From assembly GCF_964204645.1 (NCBI RefSeq), contig NC_134027.1:26932560-26996559 (forward strand): DNA of 64,000 nt. The letters run 5' to 3'. The notes beneath the pieces are model-generated. The model made no database searches, was not told where the DNA came from, and worked only from the letters and a program-made list of their open reading frames with translations. This document shows, piece after piece, positions 62,863 to 64,000 of the stretch. A program made the translations under genes and the position numbers. The stretch's first letter is position 1. The number at the start of each line of letters is the position of its first letter. Source of the DNA: Tubulanus polymorphus (lineage: Eukaryota > Animalia > Nemertea).

Positions 62863-64000
62863 TTCCTGATGGCTATAGTTAGTCTTAAGGTTGTTGAATT
62901 TTTTGTTCTGTTTTTGCTATAAGAGCTCACTCCCTTCCTCTTAACGACGATGAGATGGTGTTTTTAAATGGTATATAGTTTATATATAACCGAGGAGCTG
63001 AATCCCTGCGCTGCAGTTTTCTCTTCTCTCTTTGATTTTCAACATGATGTTGGATGTTGATCAATGCTTTTATTCTACTGATGCGAAGTTGTTCTGATGT
63101 TTTTTCATTCATTGCTCACTCAATTTCCGCGACTGCCGCGCGTCTCTAAGTGCTGAGCATTGTGGAAACATAACCTTATGTTTATCGGATATTTGTGTGG
63201 TTTGTGAGAATAAGGCGGTCTTACGCAGCTGTAGTCGTCCTCGTCGATGGGCATCTCAGGTATCAAGAATCTTGCCATAAGATTTTTCAATAATTCGCCC
63301 ATGTAGCAGACTCTAAATCTATTAATGAGGGAAAAACACTTTTTCAACAGATGTAAAAATGTCCATATCAATTTACAAACATGACACTGGATAGATTTAT
63401 TAGGAATCTTCGTCCGGTGTTTAGTCGCGAGGCGATCGAACTTTGCTGGTTGATGGAAGACGCGATATTTGCGATAATGGCATAACATCGAGGGGGGGAT
63501 AAAAAAATGATTTCTCCGTGCGCGCATGACTGATGAATTCGAAATCATGTATAAGAATATTCGACGGAAAGTAATAATACCGGTACTGGGAAACGGAATA
63601 AAAACTGCATAAAACAAATAATTAATTATTTATATAAAACGAGTTGTAGTGAATTTGAAATCCATGCTGAAGATTATTGTTTATAAAAGAGAATGACTGT
63701 CTCTGGTTCTCGTTGTTCTGTTAGTTTTATTAGTTTTGCGTGAGTTATAGTGAAATCTCTACGTCGTATTGAGTTACTAGTCTGCGGTGACAAGCATGCA
63801 TTTATCTTGCAGAACTTTGAGGACACTTGATGAAATTTTTATCAGTGAACTTTTCCATCGTCGAGCAGCTGTACGCGAAATAATTATTGAATTCATCTCA
63901 ATTAATGATCATCGGATATTAGTGCAATACCTCGCTAACTCACTCGCGTCCAGTTTCACTGAAATCATTCAAATAAGATTTTTCTTGATATAATATTTTA

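Overview
AT-rich, gene-dense eukaryotic DNA with short GT-AG introns, from a compact-genome invertebrate animal (possibly a spiralian; taxon not determinable here). I reconstructed about 16 protein-coding genes by eye. In order: NDUFA12(-), ASZ1/GASZ(+), an intronless peptide-receptor-like GPCR(-), RPAP3(-), a DESI1/PPPDE peptidase with a long C-terminal extension(-), an intronless ankyrin protein(-), a TIMP/NTR-like gene(-), a CES-2-like PAR-bZIP factor(+), LDHD(+), a CNBD1-like cNMP-binding protein(-), a CD225/PRRT1-like protein(-), an uncharacterised probably ciliary protein(+), DNAJA2(-), RARS2(-), a bacterial/fungal-type GH63-like glucosidase(+) and RAB34/36(-). There are also satellites, minisatellites, several MITE families and an L2-like LINE fragment. 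Main leads: (1) two roughly 400-nt GC-rich intergenic islands (about 15.03-15.48 kb and 34.3-34.8 kb) that fold by eye into long plus-strand structures and share short motifs, one preceded by a telomere-template-like TAACCCTAA; (2) a 27-bp minisatellite built from an exon end plus its splice donor, giving a ladder of in-frame donors in a stop-free intron; (3) an intron-rich GH63-like gene that is a horizontal-transfer candidate; (4) a possible minimal hammerhead ribozyme. Exon boundaries and RNA pairings were read manually; no database search or folding program was run.
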